Part shown: positions 24,971 to 35,650 of the stretch, one piece after another
How the letters are laid out: each line of letters opens with the position of its first letter
Position numbering within the stretch: the stretch's first letter is position 1
DNA from: Somniosus microcephalus
Lineage: Eukaryota
Assembly: GCA_052327205.1 (NCBI GenBank)
Contig: CM126227.1
Location: 51,398,001-51,462,000, forward strand
Direction of reading: 5' to 3'
Length of the DNA: 64,000 nt
Program-made: the position numbers and the translations under genes
Notes under the pieces: model-generated
Database searches by the model: none
The model's input: only the letters and a program-made list of their open reading frames with translations
Told to the model about the DNA's origin: nothing

Positions 24971-26441
24971 TTCAGGAAAGGAGGGAAGGAAATAATTGGC
25001 AAAAACAGAAAATTAAATCTGACTTCAGATGCCCAACTGAAAACACCAGCATGGTACCAGTTATAGTGACCATTAAGGATGCACCACACAGCACCTGTAG
25101 GCATTACAGTAACAGCACTCAAAAGGGAGTACTTGGTCACAAGCGAGTGTTAAAGGGAGCAGTTCAATCCCTCGGTCAGGTTTGTCGCGATACTAGATCA
25201 CTACACTGTAAACAAAGCATCAGTCAGGCCAGTTGATTGGACAGTCTACACACCCAATCAAATTGCCAGAATCAAAATTCCAGACATTGATTTGGCTAAT
25301 CTGAATCTATAAATTTAGTTTAAAGGTTACAGAGTATTTAGAATAAATTGGCCGTTAAGACTGGGAGTTCTCATCAACTCCAGTTCATAAGAGGTTGACT
25401 CCAGGTCTTGTTGTCTATCATACAGGTTCCTAAGCTGGGTGCGGTGCGGTGCGGGGCGGGGCGGAGCGGGGAGGCTATCGGGGGGTGGTGAGGACACCAG
25501 CTGTAACTCACTGACAGGAATTGCCTGCAATACCTATTCTCTCCAGTGGTGGCATTTCCGGCACACTAAGAGCAGTGAAGCAGGAGCAGATCCGAGGAAT
25601 TTTCCGGCCCGTGAGTTCTCATGATAGGATTGGGCTTCATATTAAAACCCATTAGTATAAAGGAGCAGAATTAAAATAGCTAAAGTGACAAAATTGAAGT
25701 ATTCTGGGTTACCCGCTATACCTAAACTAACACTGAATACAAAAACACTTTCTTAGAAAGAAGGGGGTGCGTGTGGGGCATGAAACTTCAAAGAAGGGCT
25801 CAGCAAAAAATAAAGTTTGGGATCCCCTGGTCTATGGGGTTTCTCAGCTAAACTCCAGCCTATTACTTGTGCTTTCACTTTGTTTATGCTCCTCCCTCAA
25901 TCTGCTGACAGAAAGCCAAACGTTAACACCGTGCAAACTCTGAGAATGCTGGGCACGGTTCAGCTGGTTAATGGAAACAAACCTGTGACTGAAGAACGTT
26001 TGGAACAGTCTCTGTCATAGAACTACACAGAATACAGAACGTGGACGGCAACACCGTCACACAGACCAACAAAATCCAATTTGGTTCTCTGGCCTATGGG
26101 CTGAGATCCCCAATAATAATAATAATAATAATAATCAACTTTATTGTCATTGTTAGTGCACAAGTGCAGTACAACGAAATGTAGGCTTGCGGCTCCCGAG
26201 AGTGTACATTTAGATTAAGACACTTAAACATTCAACATACATTTGGCTTGTAATACATTAACATAAACATAAACATAATAAAGTGCATTGGCAGATGTGC
26301 AGGCTTTAGAGTTTATTTGTGGAGTTCAGCAGGATGACAGCCCTGGGAAAGTAGCTGTTCCTAAATCTGGTCGTTCGGGTGCGAATGCATCTGCAGCGTC
26401 TCCCAGATGGCAGGAGGGTGAACAGACTGTGGCTGGGGTGG

Positions 26442-29400
26442 TGATGCGCTATCAATTACTCATAAAAGACTGAGAGTTAAGAGAGTAACTAAAGGCTTTT
26501 ATTAACAAAAGAATGAAGGTCTGCCTCGAGTGGTCGACCGGTCCAGAAATACAAAGGGCTGGGGAGCAGTCACCTTTATACTAGGACTTGTGGGAGGAGT
26601 CAGCCGAGGCATGTCCAGGCATGTACACAGTGGAATACAAACAGTGGTTTACCACATTCACCCCTTGTTTAAAATTGAGTCCGGCGGGGTGAAGTGTATT
26701 AAAAGTTAGTGTATTGGAGTCTCTCCGGAGGTCTTGTCTGCCGCTGTGATCAGCGTGGCGACGGCAGGGGTAGTGGAGCTTCCGGCGTCGAGTCCTGCGT
26801 AGGCTGTGGCACAGGCGTGTCGTCCTCGTAGATGTCGAGCGGGTCGCGGGGCCCAGGCCTGCCGTCTGCTGGGGCTGGATATCGGATCGTTGGGGGGGGT
26901 GGTAGTGAGTAGTGGGTTACTGCGGCCCCCGAGGGTGCAAGGTCTCTTATGGAGACTGTGTCCTCCCGCCCGTCCGGGTATGCAATGTAAGCATACTGGG
27001 GGTTGGCGTGGAGGAGGTCGACCCTCTCGACCAGGGGGTCCGTTTTATGGGTCCTCACGTGTCTTCTCAGTAGGTCCGGCCCTGGGGACGTCAGCCATGG
27101 CGGTAGCGATGTCCCCGATGTGGACTTCCTTGGGAAGACAAACATTTTCTCATGAGGGGTGGCGTTAGTGGCAGTGCAGAGCAGTGACCGAATAGAGTGG
27201 AGCGCATCGGGGAGCACATCCTGCCAGCGGGAGGTTGGAAGGCCCCTAGACTTTAAGGCTAGCAGGGCGGCCTTCCAAACTGTCGCATTTTCTCTTTCCA
27301 CCTGTCCGTTCCCCCGGGGGTTGTAACTGGTGGTCCTGCTTGTGGCAATACCCCTAGTTAGCAGGTACTGACGGAGTTCGTCGCTCATAAACGATGAGCC
27401 CCGGTCGCTATGGATATAGCTGGGGAAACCGAACAGGGTGAAGAGGTCGTTCAGACATTTAATGACCGTGGCACTGGTCATGTCCGGGCAGGGGATGGCG
27501 AACGGGAAACGGGAGTACTCATCAATAATATTGAGGAAGTACACATTGCGGTCGGAGCAGGGGAGAGGCCCTTTAAAATCAACGCTCAGGCGCTCGAAGG
27601 GGCGAGTGGCTTTTATCAGGTGGGCCCTGTCTGGTCTATAAAAGTGCGGTTTGCACTCAGCGCAGACTTGGCAGTTCCTGGTCATGGTCCTGACCTCCTC
27701 AATAGAGTAAGGCAGGTTGCGGGCCTTGATGAAGTGGAAGAACCTGGTGACCCCCGGGTGGCAGAGGTCATTGTGGAGGGCCCGCAGTCTATCGATCTGT
27801 GCGCTGGCGCAGGTGCCACGCGATAGCGCATCCGGGGGTTCATTGAGCTTCCCGGGCCGGTACAAGATCTCGTAATTGTAGGTGGAAAGTTCGATTCTCC
27901 ACCTCAAGATCTTGTCATTTTTGATTTTGCCCCTCTGCTTGTTGTTAAACATGAAAGCAACTGAACGCTGGTCAGTGAGCAGGGTAAATCGTTTTCCGGC
28001 CAGGTAGTGCCTCCAATGACGCACAGCCTCCACAATCGCCTGGGCCTCCTTCTCAACAGCGGAGTGTCTGGTCTCCGGGCCTTGGAGGGTTCGTGGAAAG
28101 AAGGCCACGGGTCTCCCCGCCTGATTGAGGGTAGCGGCCAGGGCAAAGTCGGACGCGTCGCTTTCCACCTGGAAGGGGATGGATTCGTCCACTGCGTGCA
28201 TGGTGGCTTTGGCAATGTCCTCCTCGATACGGTGGAAGGCTAAGCGGGCCTCTGCCGTCAAGGGAAAAGAGGTGGACTTGATCAGCGGACGGGCCTTGTC
28301 CGCATAGTAGGGGACCCACTGGGCGTAATAGGAGAAAAACCCTAGGCACCTCTTCAGGGCCTTGAGGCAGTGGGAGTTCCATAAGGGGACGCATCCGGTC
28401 GGGGTCGGGGCCGATGACTCCGTGTTCCACAACACAGCCAAGGATGGCGAGGCGGTTTGTGCGGAATATGCACTTCTCCTTGTTATATGTCAGGTTCAGG
28501 AGTTGGGCGGTGCGGAGGAATTTTTCGAGGTTTGCGTCATGGTCCTGCAAGTCACGGCCGCAGATGGTCACATTGTCCAGATATGGGAAAGTGGCCTGCA
28601 ACGCATTTTGATCTACCATCCGGTCCATCTCCCTTTGGAAGACGGAGACCCCGTTGGTGACGCCAAAGGGAACCCTAAGGAAGTGATAGAGGCGGCCGTT
28701 TGCCTCAAAGGCGGTATACTGGCGGTCCTCAGGGCGGATAGGGAGCTGGTGGTACGCTGATTTCAGGTCAATGGTCGAGAAGACGCGGTACTGCGCGATC
28801 TGGTTGACCATATCAGCTATGCGGGGGAGTGGGTAGGCGTCCAGCAGGGTGTAGCGATTTATTGTCTGGCTGTAGTCGATGACCAGGCGCTGCTTCTCGC
28901 CGGTCTTAACGACCACAACCTGGGCTCGCCAGGGGCTGGTGCTGCCCTCAATAATCCCTTCCTTCAGGAGCCGCTCCACTTCGGTTTTAATGAAAACCCT
29001 GTCCCCGGCACTGTATCGCCTGCTCTTTGTGGCGATGGGCTTACAGTCGGGGGTGAGGTTAGCAAACAGTGGGGGGGGGGGTGACTCTGAGTGTGGAGAG
29101 GTTGCACCTGGTGCGCGGCGGGCAATTTGGAAGCTGCTGGCTGCGGACTGTGAGTGGGGGTAGGGGTCCACCGTACGCCATCGTAACACTTTTAAGGTGG
29201 CACTGAAAATCTAACCCCAGCAGGACGGCAGCGCAGAGGTCGGGCAGGACCAGAAGTTTAAAATGATCGTACACAGTCCCGTCTACTACGAGTGTCACCA
29301 CGCAGTAGCCGCCGATGTCCGCCGACTGGGACTCGGAGGCCATAGAAATCCGCTGGTGCGCAGGCAGGACTGGGAGAGAGCAACGCCGCACCGTGTCGGG

Positions 29401-30750
29401 GTGGATGAAGCTCTCCGTGCTCCCAGAGTCAAAAAGGCAGATTGTATCGTGACCATTTACCTTAATGTCCATTGTGGAACTGGCCAGCTGGTGCGGTCTC
29501 GCTTGGTCTAGTGTAACGGATGCCAGCGTAGGGGTCGGTGTGTCGCTGCGGGTATCAGATGAGGCGGTGTTGGGGGCCTGCTGCGTTCCGGCTGTCATCC
29601 AAGATGGTGGCGTCCATGATCCCCATGTGGCTGGAGGCGTCCAAAATGGCTGCTGTACCGGTGGTTCGCACATGGCCGGGGAGGCCCAAGATGGCGGCCC
29701 GCATGGCCCACACGCGGCGCTGCTGGGGTTCGGGGTGGCTTTGGCCCTGCAGACGCTAGCGTAGTGTCCCTTCTTCCCGCAGCCCGAGCAGATCGCGTTT
29801 TTCGCCGGGCAGCGCGCTCTGGGGTGTTTTGCCTGGCCACAGAAGTAGCATTTCTGGCCTTGGGGCACTGCTGTCTGGCCTTGGGACACTGCTGCGGTAG
29901 TTGGGCCGTTGCTGGGGTGGCACGGCGCTATGAGGCGGTCCTACCGTGTCCCAGGCTGTCATTCCCCGCGGCGTCCACGGTGCAGAGGAGTAGGCATCCA
30001 TGCCCCGGTAGGCTGCATCCAATGATAGTGCGAGTTCAGAGGCCTTGTTGAGGTCGAGGTCACTCTGCTCCAACAGTCGCTGTCGGGTGTAATTGGATCT
30101 GTGGCCCGCTACAAAAGCGTCCCGGAAACGTTCCTCTGTGTACACGGCGGCCTTTACATCCTTACAACCACAGGCCCGGCCAAGCACAGACAGTGCCTGA
30201 AGGTATTCCACGGTCGATTCCCCAGGTTGTTGTTTACGACTCCCCAGAAGGTGCCTGGCGTACACTTCGTTCACTGGGCGCGTGTACTGGTCCTTGAGGA
30301 GCTTGATAGCGTCCGCGTACGAGGTCGCGTCTTGGATGACCGAGTACACTCGGTGGTTCACTTTGGAGGTCAGGACATCCAGTTTGTCCTCGTCCGATTT
30401 GATTGCTGCGGAGGCGGTCAGGAATTTTTCGAAACACTTAAGCCAGTGAGTAAACTTGGTGGATGAGTCCGCCTCCCGATGATCTAAGTCCAGGCATGCT
30501 GGTGTGAGGATCTTCTCCATTATAAAAATTTTGTTAATAAAATTGATGCGCTATCAATTACTCATAAAAGACTGAGAGTTAAGAGAGTAACTAAAGGCTT
30601 TTATTAACAAAAGAATGAAGGTCTGCCTCGAGTGGTCGACCGGTCCAGAAATACAAAGGGCTGGGGAGCAGTCACCTTTATACTAGGACTTGTGGGAGGA
30701 GTCAGCCGAGGCATGTCCAGGCATGTACACAGTGGAATACAAACAGTGGT
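26442..30750 (-). mobile_element. Ty3/gypsy LTR retrotransposon; 3' LTR 26442-26656, 5' LTR 30544-30750 (outer 6 nt missing)
   Basis: LTRs appear identical over 207 bp; 3' LTR is TGTGG...CATCA; PPT AAACAAGGGGTGAA 26670-26657; TATAAA and AATAAA in the LTR; gag-PR-RT-RH-IN on minus. Confidence 0.96.
26750..30520 (-). pseudogene. gypsy gag-pol broken by three frameshifts (about 29890-29945, 29071-29081 and 28370)
   Basis: ORFs 29756..30520 (gag), 29059..29889 (two CCHC knuckles, FDSGS protease), 28053..29189 (RT, YLDN), 26750..28441 (RNase H SDASD, HNDLCH..CQVC, SVDFKGP/SDRGSSF/NGQVER integrase). Confidence 0.9.
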
Positions 30751-32427
30751 CGTTCGGGTGCGAATGCATCTGTAGCGTCTCCCAGATGGCAGGAGGGCGA
30801 ACAGACTGTGGCTGGGGTGGGTAGGGTCTTTGATGATGGACCGTGACCTCCGTAAACAGCGTTTCTGGTATATGTGCTCTATGGTCGGTAGCCGGGTGCC
30901 GGTAATGCGTTGGGCAGTTTTGACTACCCGCTGCAGGGCTTTCCGGTCATAGGAGCTACAGCTGCCATACCATACTGTGATACAGTTCGTCAGGATGCTC
31001 TCTATTGTGCAGCGGTAAAAGTTAGAGAGGATCAGGGGTGACAGGTTACATCCCTTCAGCCTCCTTAGGAAATATAGGCGCTGCTGGGCCTTCTTCACCA
31101 GAGAGGAGGTATTGAGGGACCAGGAGAGGTCTTCCGTGATGTGGACTCCGAGGAACTTAAAGCTGTCCACCCTTTCCACCACAGCCCCATTGGTGCCGAG
31201 CCAGTCAGAAAATAAAAAGACCCTACAATCATACAGATACAAAACTTATAGACATCAGGGCGACCGATTGGAAGTTATCGAGGTGGGTATACTGCCAGTG
31301 CTCAAAGTTCCTTAAGCCTGTGAGTAACAACAGGGTAATAATCTTTAAAAGTATGAAATTTATGCTGCTTTTCACTGCCTCAGTGAGGTGCTTGTTTGTA
31401 GCAGAACTTCTTTAGCAGATTTAACCAGATTTAGTGAATTGCCGAATATATATTGGTGTTGCCATTGCACATGCAAGATCCACTTGCCGGAAACAAGCAC
31501 CTCAAACTGCCCTCCAAGGCCAATGCAAACACAGCTATAACATCGCAACAAACCAGGGACAAAATTCAATTCCCAGCTGGGGTTAATTGTTCAATAAAAA
31601 GCTGTGTGGGCCTCAATACTACTGAACATTAGCAGCTGAACACAGTGCCAAAGGCAAATGATGGACTCTGATCAGCAGATCTTGAATAAGCAGTACAGCA
31701 GAGTAGCTGCATTGTCCCACGCCATGGGTTATAGTCACAACACTGACAGCAACGTACAATCTTCTTTCAATCAGCACTGTAAGCTTTTAAGGCAGAACCC
31801 TTTCAAGATCCTGGTAATGTATGCACTGCTGCAGGATTAAAGCTAGTCTGATCTGAATTGCCTGATGAACAGCCAGCCCAATAAAAGGAGGAGATGAGAG
31901 ACACTAAATCTGTCCATCTACAAAAACATGCGCTCTCAATATGGGATCTGAAAGGCTCATCTGATATCCATTTTCTCGCTCAGTAATGTTACTTTCATCT
32001 CCTTTGCTCAGATAAAAGCTGCTCACAGGAAGCTCAGCATCTTCTTTTATATAAAACATTGCTTTTCTCCTCAACAATTGTTCACCCTCTCTAAATCTCA
32101 GGTGTGCCCAAGGCTACCCCTATGTCAAGGAGGCTCTAACATCTCTCTCATGTTCCTGGACAATATACAAGAAAAAGCTTGCAGCAAATCTGTCTCCCAC
32201 CTGCAACCTCTCTGTTCCAACATTTCCTGCCAGATTTTATTGGCACTACTGTGTTGCTCTGAATTTGCTTCTCTTATTCTATTAATAATGTACTGTCAGG
32301 GCCAGGTGCACAATACTCCTAATAGCAACTAAATGAGGCATGCTTCACGACTATAACACCACCTGGTGGATCCCAAGAATGGAGTCAGAGCCACAGACCG
32401 TGACCAGCAAAAGCGACCAGCAATATA

Positions 32428-32769
32428 CAGGAAACTTTGGTTTATCCGGAGGTTGTATGGCCGGAAACCTCGATCTAACGGCAGAAATCAGCAGCCGTTT
32501 TGTTAGGTTTTTTTTCTTTTTTTTTCTTCTCCTAGCATTTTTTTAAACAGTCAGTCTCTGGAAAGCCTCTCTGAAGCTGTTGCTAAGCTAGAGACGCTTC
32601 CAAGGTACGGGCTGACTGTTTACAAGCTGTTGCTAAGCAACAGTGTTTGTTGTCAGATACGGAGATGAAAGCCTCCGTATCCTTCAACATTAGCGCTGGT
32701 CTGTCCCGAAGTTTTCATAGATCGGCATCACGCCGGTCCCATCGGTGCCGGATATCGCGAAGTTTCCTG
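32428..32769. mobile_element. Tc1/mariner-pogo (Tigger-like) MITE with TA target duplication
   Basis: TA|CAGGAAACTT...AAGTTTCCTG|TA termini; diverged second copy at 42444-42756. Confidence 0.85.
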
Positions 32770-33480
32770 TATATGCTGCAACACTGAAAAGGGGAGGGTG
32801 ACACTCGGGGATAAGCGGCCTCCTCGAGCGTTGCTGTCCCGGATTCACAGCGAGAATATACAGAAGGCTTTAAGAGGAACCAGCACCTGGGCTCTTTGTG
32901 TTAGGACCCAAGGAGACCTTTCTGGTCTGAAGGATTTCCTTGTAGCAAATGAAATTCAAATGAGAGTTCTGCTACTGAGCTTGGAACAGACTTCACAGGT
33001 CTGGAAACTCATACAGGCCACTGTGGGCGTCTGGTACTGGGAAGGATCCATAAACATTATTGCAAGCGTTGAAACTGGGTGGCAGCACTGATCTGCCTGA
33101 GGCACCACAGGCCTCAACCAACTGATGCACAACACAGAGGAGCGCGGCACTGACAACTTTGCAAATCAAAACTCAATGAAACTGAAGTAAAAGCTAAATC
33201 CAACTTTACAGGAAAACAGACTAGCAGTACAAACAGATATATTAATCTTGACAGAGACCGAGGTGACTGAAATCCCAGTCTCATCCCTAAAAACAAGCTT
33301 TTAATTCATCCGGTCTAAGAGTAAAGACAAATAGCGAGCAGGGACCGTGTTTGTAGTTTCCCGGGCAGCAAATTCAACAGCGACACTCAGGTCAAAACGG
33401 ACTATGTAACTATTAATATATTAAAAACTAGCTGGAGTGCCCGGCGGTGCCGAGGCTTTTTCGAGGGCATGTTGTTGTTG

Positions 33481-33840
33481 GAAGAGAGAGAGAGAGTGAC
33501 TGGGGGGAAGAGAGAGAGCGACTGGGGGGAAGAGAGAGAGCGACTGGGGGGAAGAGAGAGAGCGACTGGGGGGAAGAGAGAGAGCGACTGGGGGAAGAGA
33601 GAGAGCGACTGGGGGGAAGAGAGAGGGCGGGGAGGGAGAGGGCGGGGAGGGGGAGCGTGGGGAGGGGGGGAGGGGGAGGGGAGGGAGGGCGGGGGGGAGG
33701 GTAGGGGGGAGGGCGGGGGGAGGAGGGCGGGGAGGGGGGAGGGGAGGGGGGAGGGGAGGGCGGGGGGGAGGGAGGAGGGCGGGGAGGAGGGCGGGGAGGG
33801 AGGAGGGGGGGGGGAGAGAGACAGAGGGAAGGGGAGAGAG
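33481..33840 (+). repeat. 22-bp repeat (GACTGGGGGGAAGAGAGAGAGC)n followed by a G-rich purine tract
   Basis: Direct reading; lies within the Helitron. Confidence 0.9.
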
Positions 33841-33844
33841 AGGG

Positions 33845-34800
33845 CGAGTGGCCCGCGGCCGCAAATGGAGCCAAGCCCCGAGAACAGGCGTGAGCCGGCT
33901 TGAGGCTGAGAGATGGCCACGCCCGGTTGCTGGGGTAACCCATCCCCCCCTTCCGAGCCCCCGTCCTCCCGAGCACCGGCCGCATCGCCCCGCCCCGCAC
34001 TCCACTCCCGAGAGCCCCGCTCTCCGAGCCCCACCCCGCCCCGCACTCCCGAGAGCCCCGCTCTCTGAGCCCCGCCCCCCCGGGCCAGCCGGCTTGAAGT
34101 CCGCCGATTGCGGCTGTGCGAGACGGCCGGCGGGCCCGGTTGCCGGGGTAACCCTTCCCGCTCACCAAGCCCCGGCCGAGATCCGCACTCCCGAGAGCCC
34201 CGCCCCCCCCCCCGCCCGAGCCGAGCGCGGAACAGAGAGAGACGCCGCGTCTCAGCTGCTCCTGCTGCGCGCGCACCCTGACCCTCGTGGCTGACGCCGT
34301 TGCCCCGGGTAACGTGACATGGGGGGGGGGGGGGAGGAGGAGCTTAGCAGAAGCCGTGGGAGAATTACCTAGGTCGGGCCTGGCTGGGCAAGAAACACCC
34401 AGGCTTTCAGGCCTAACAAAAACAGGGAAAGGTAGGAAAAGAATCTTCAGGTTAGAGAAAATATTTACAAATGAATGAAGTTTTTTTTAAAAACAATTTA
34501 ATAAATTCAATTTTATTTTGCTGGAAATGTATATTTGAAAAGAAAGACGCAGAAAGCAGGAAAAAGAATGGAAGCAAGATGGCGGCTACTCACCTCGGTT
34601 CAGAACGATAAGACCTCGAGGTCACTCTGTCGCCAATGAGCGGATAATGAGATGCTAATGAGCGGAATGTTGAAGGTTTTTCGGATACCGCGGGCGCGAT
34701 TTTTGCCCGGCCGAAACGTAAATACGCTTAAGACCGTTTTGGAAAGGTAAGCTTTCTTTCGACGTAACGCACGCGTAGGTACGCTCTATAACTTTCGAGC
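33845..34800. promoter_or_regulatory. CpG-rich promoter-like cargo inside the Helitron
   Basis: High CpG density; X-boxes 33926-33939, 34139-34152, 34299-34313; YY1 CAAGATGGCGGC 34575-34586; CCAAT near 34633; donors at 34593 (-) and 34747 (+). Function not shown. Confidence 0.55.
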
Positions 34801-35129
34801 GCATACCAGACAGACGCACACATGATGACAGACAGACAGAAGGACAGACAGACAGAAGGACAGACAGAAGGACAGACAGAAGGACAGACAGATCTACCGA
34901 TTTATATATATAGATTAAAGAACAGATGTCAGGTTCCAGATGAGGCCTTTACCAACTGCAGGGAAAGGGAACAGCACCTGACCAAAGATACACACTATAC
35001 GGCAGCAAACCGTGATCACTTGTGGTGGTGGCAGCTCTACACCGGGTCCAAACCATCAGCTGCCACTTGCAGCCCATTTACCACAAGCACCTGGAGGCTG
35101 AGGAACTTTTGGCACAATAATAATTCTAC

Positions 35130-35650
35130 AGATTTTTACAGCACAGGAGGAGGCCATTCTTCCCAATGTGCCTGCGTCAGTTCTCTGAAAGGGCCATCCA
35201 GTTAGCATTATTCTCCGAACCATTCCCAAGCCTTTTGACATTTTTCTTTTTCAAAAATTTATCCACTTCACCAGCATCTATAGACCTGCTGCCACCACTG
35301 TTATTTTAGTCCTAATCTTTAGTTACTAACTCACTGGCCCATGGAAATATTTTCCCCGCTTTGCTTTTTCAAGACCCCTCCTAATATTGAGCACCGCTAT
35401 CAGGTCTCCTCTTAACCTTCTTAGTTCAAGTGAAAGGACCCCAAGCAATGTTCTCTTTAAACATGCGCGGTATTTTGAATGGGCTGCGCACCCAAAACAA
35501 AATGAAAGGGAACATTGACCCCAAGTCTCTCCTCATAACTAAAGCCTTTCATCCTTGGTATCATCTTAGTGAATCTCTTCTGTAACCTCGCCATGACCTT
35601 CACATCCTTCGTCAAGCAAGGTGTCCAAAAACTGGACACAATATGGCCAA
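35130..35650 (-). mobile_element. Degraded CR1 3' fragment
   Basis: FWTPCLTKDVKVMARLQKRFTKMIPRMKGFSYEERL peptide and CR1-like tail. Confidence 0.7.

Larger units (their letters stand above)
26111..31193 (-). mobile_element. 5'-truncated Rex1/Babar-type LINE 3' end, interrupted by a gypsy element (pieces 26111-26441 and 30747-31193)
   Basis: VERVDSFKFLGVHITEDLSW...KAQQRLYFLRRL...FYRCTIESILT...LLPSGRRYR peptide; AATAAA (26145-26140) followed by a (TTA)n tail. Confidence 0.85.
33428..34914 (-). mobile_element. Non-autonomous Helitron, 1487 bp
   Basis: Minus strand starts A|TCTATATATATAAA followed by a (TCTG/TCCT)n microsatellite, and ends with GC hairpin GCC(T)CGGC-ACC-GCCGGGC, 7 nt, CTAG|T. 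Inserted at A|T with no TSD; no Rep/helicase ORF. Confidence 0.85.

Noticed and set aside
33402-34294. Overlapping Pro/Gly/Arg-rich ORFs in the GC-rich block
   Set aside because: Stop-poor low-complexity DNA on both strands; no domain; no Rep/helicase similarity.
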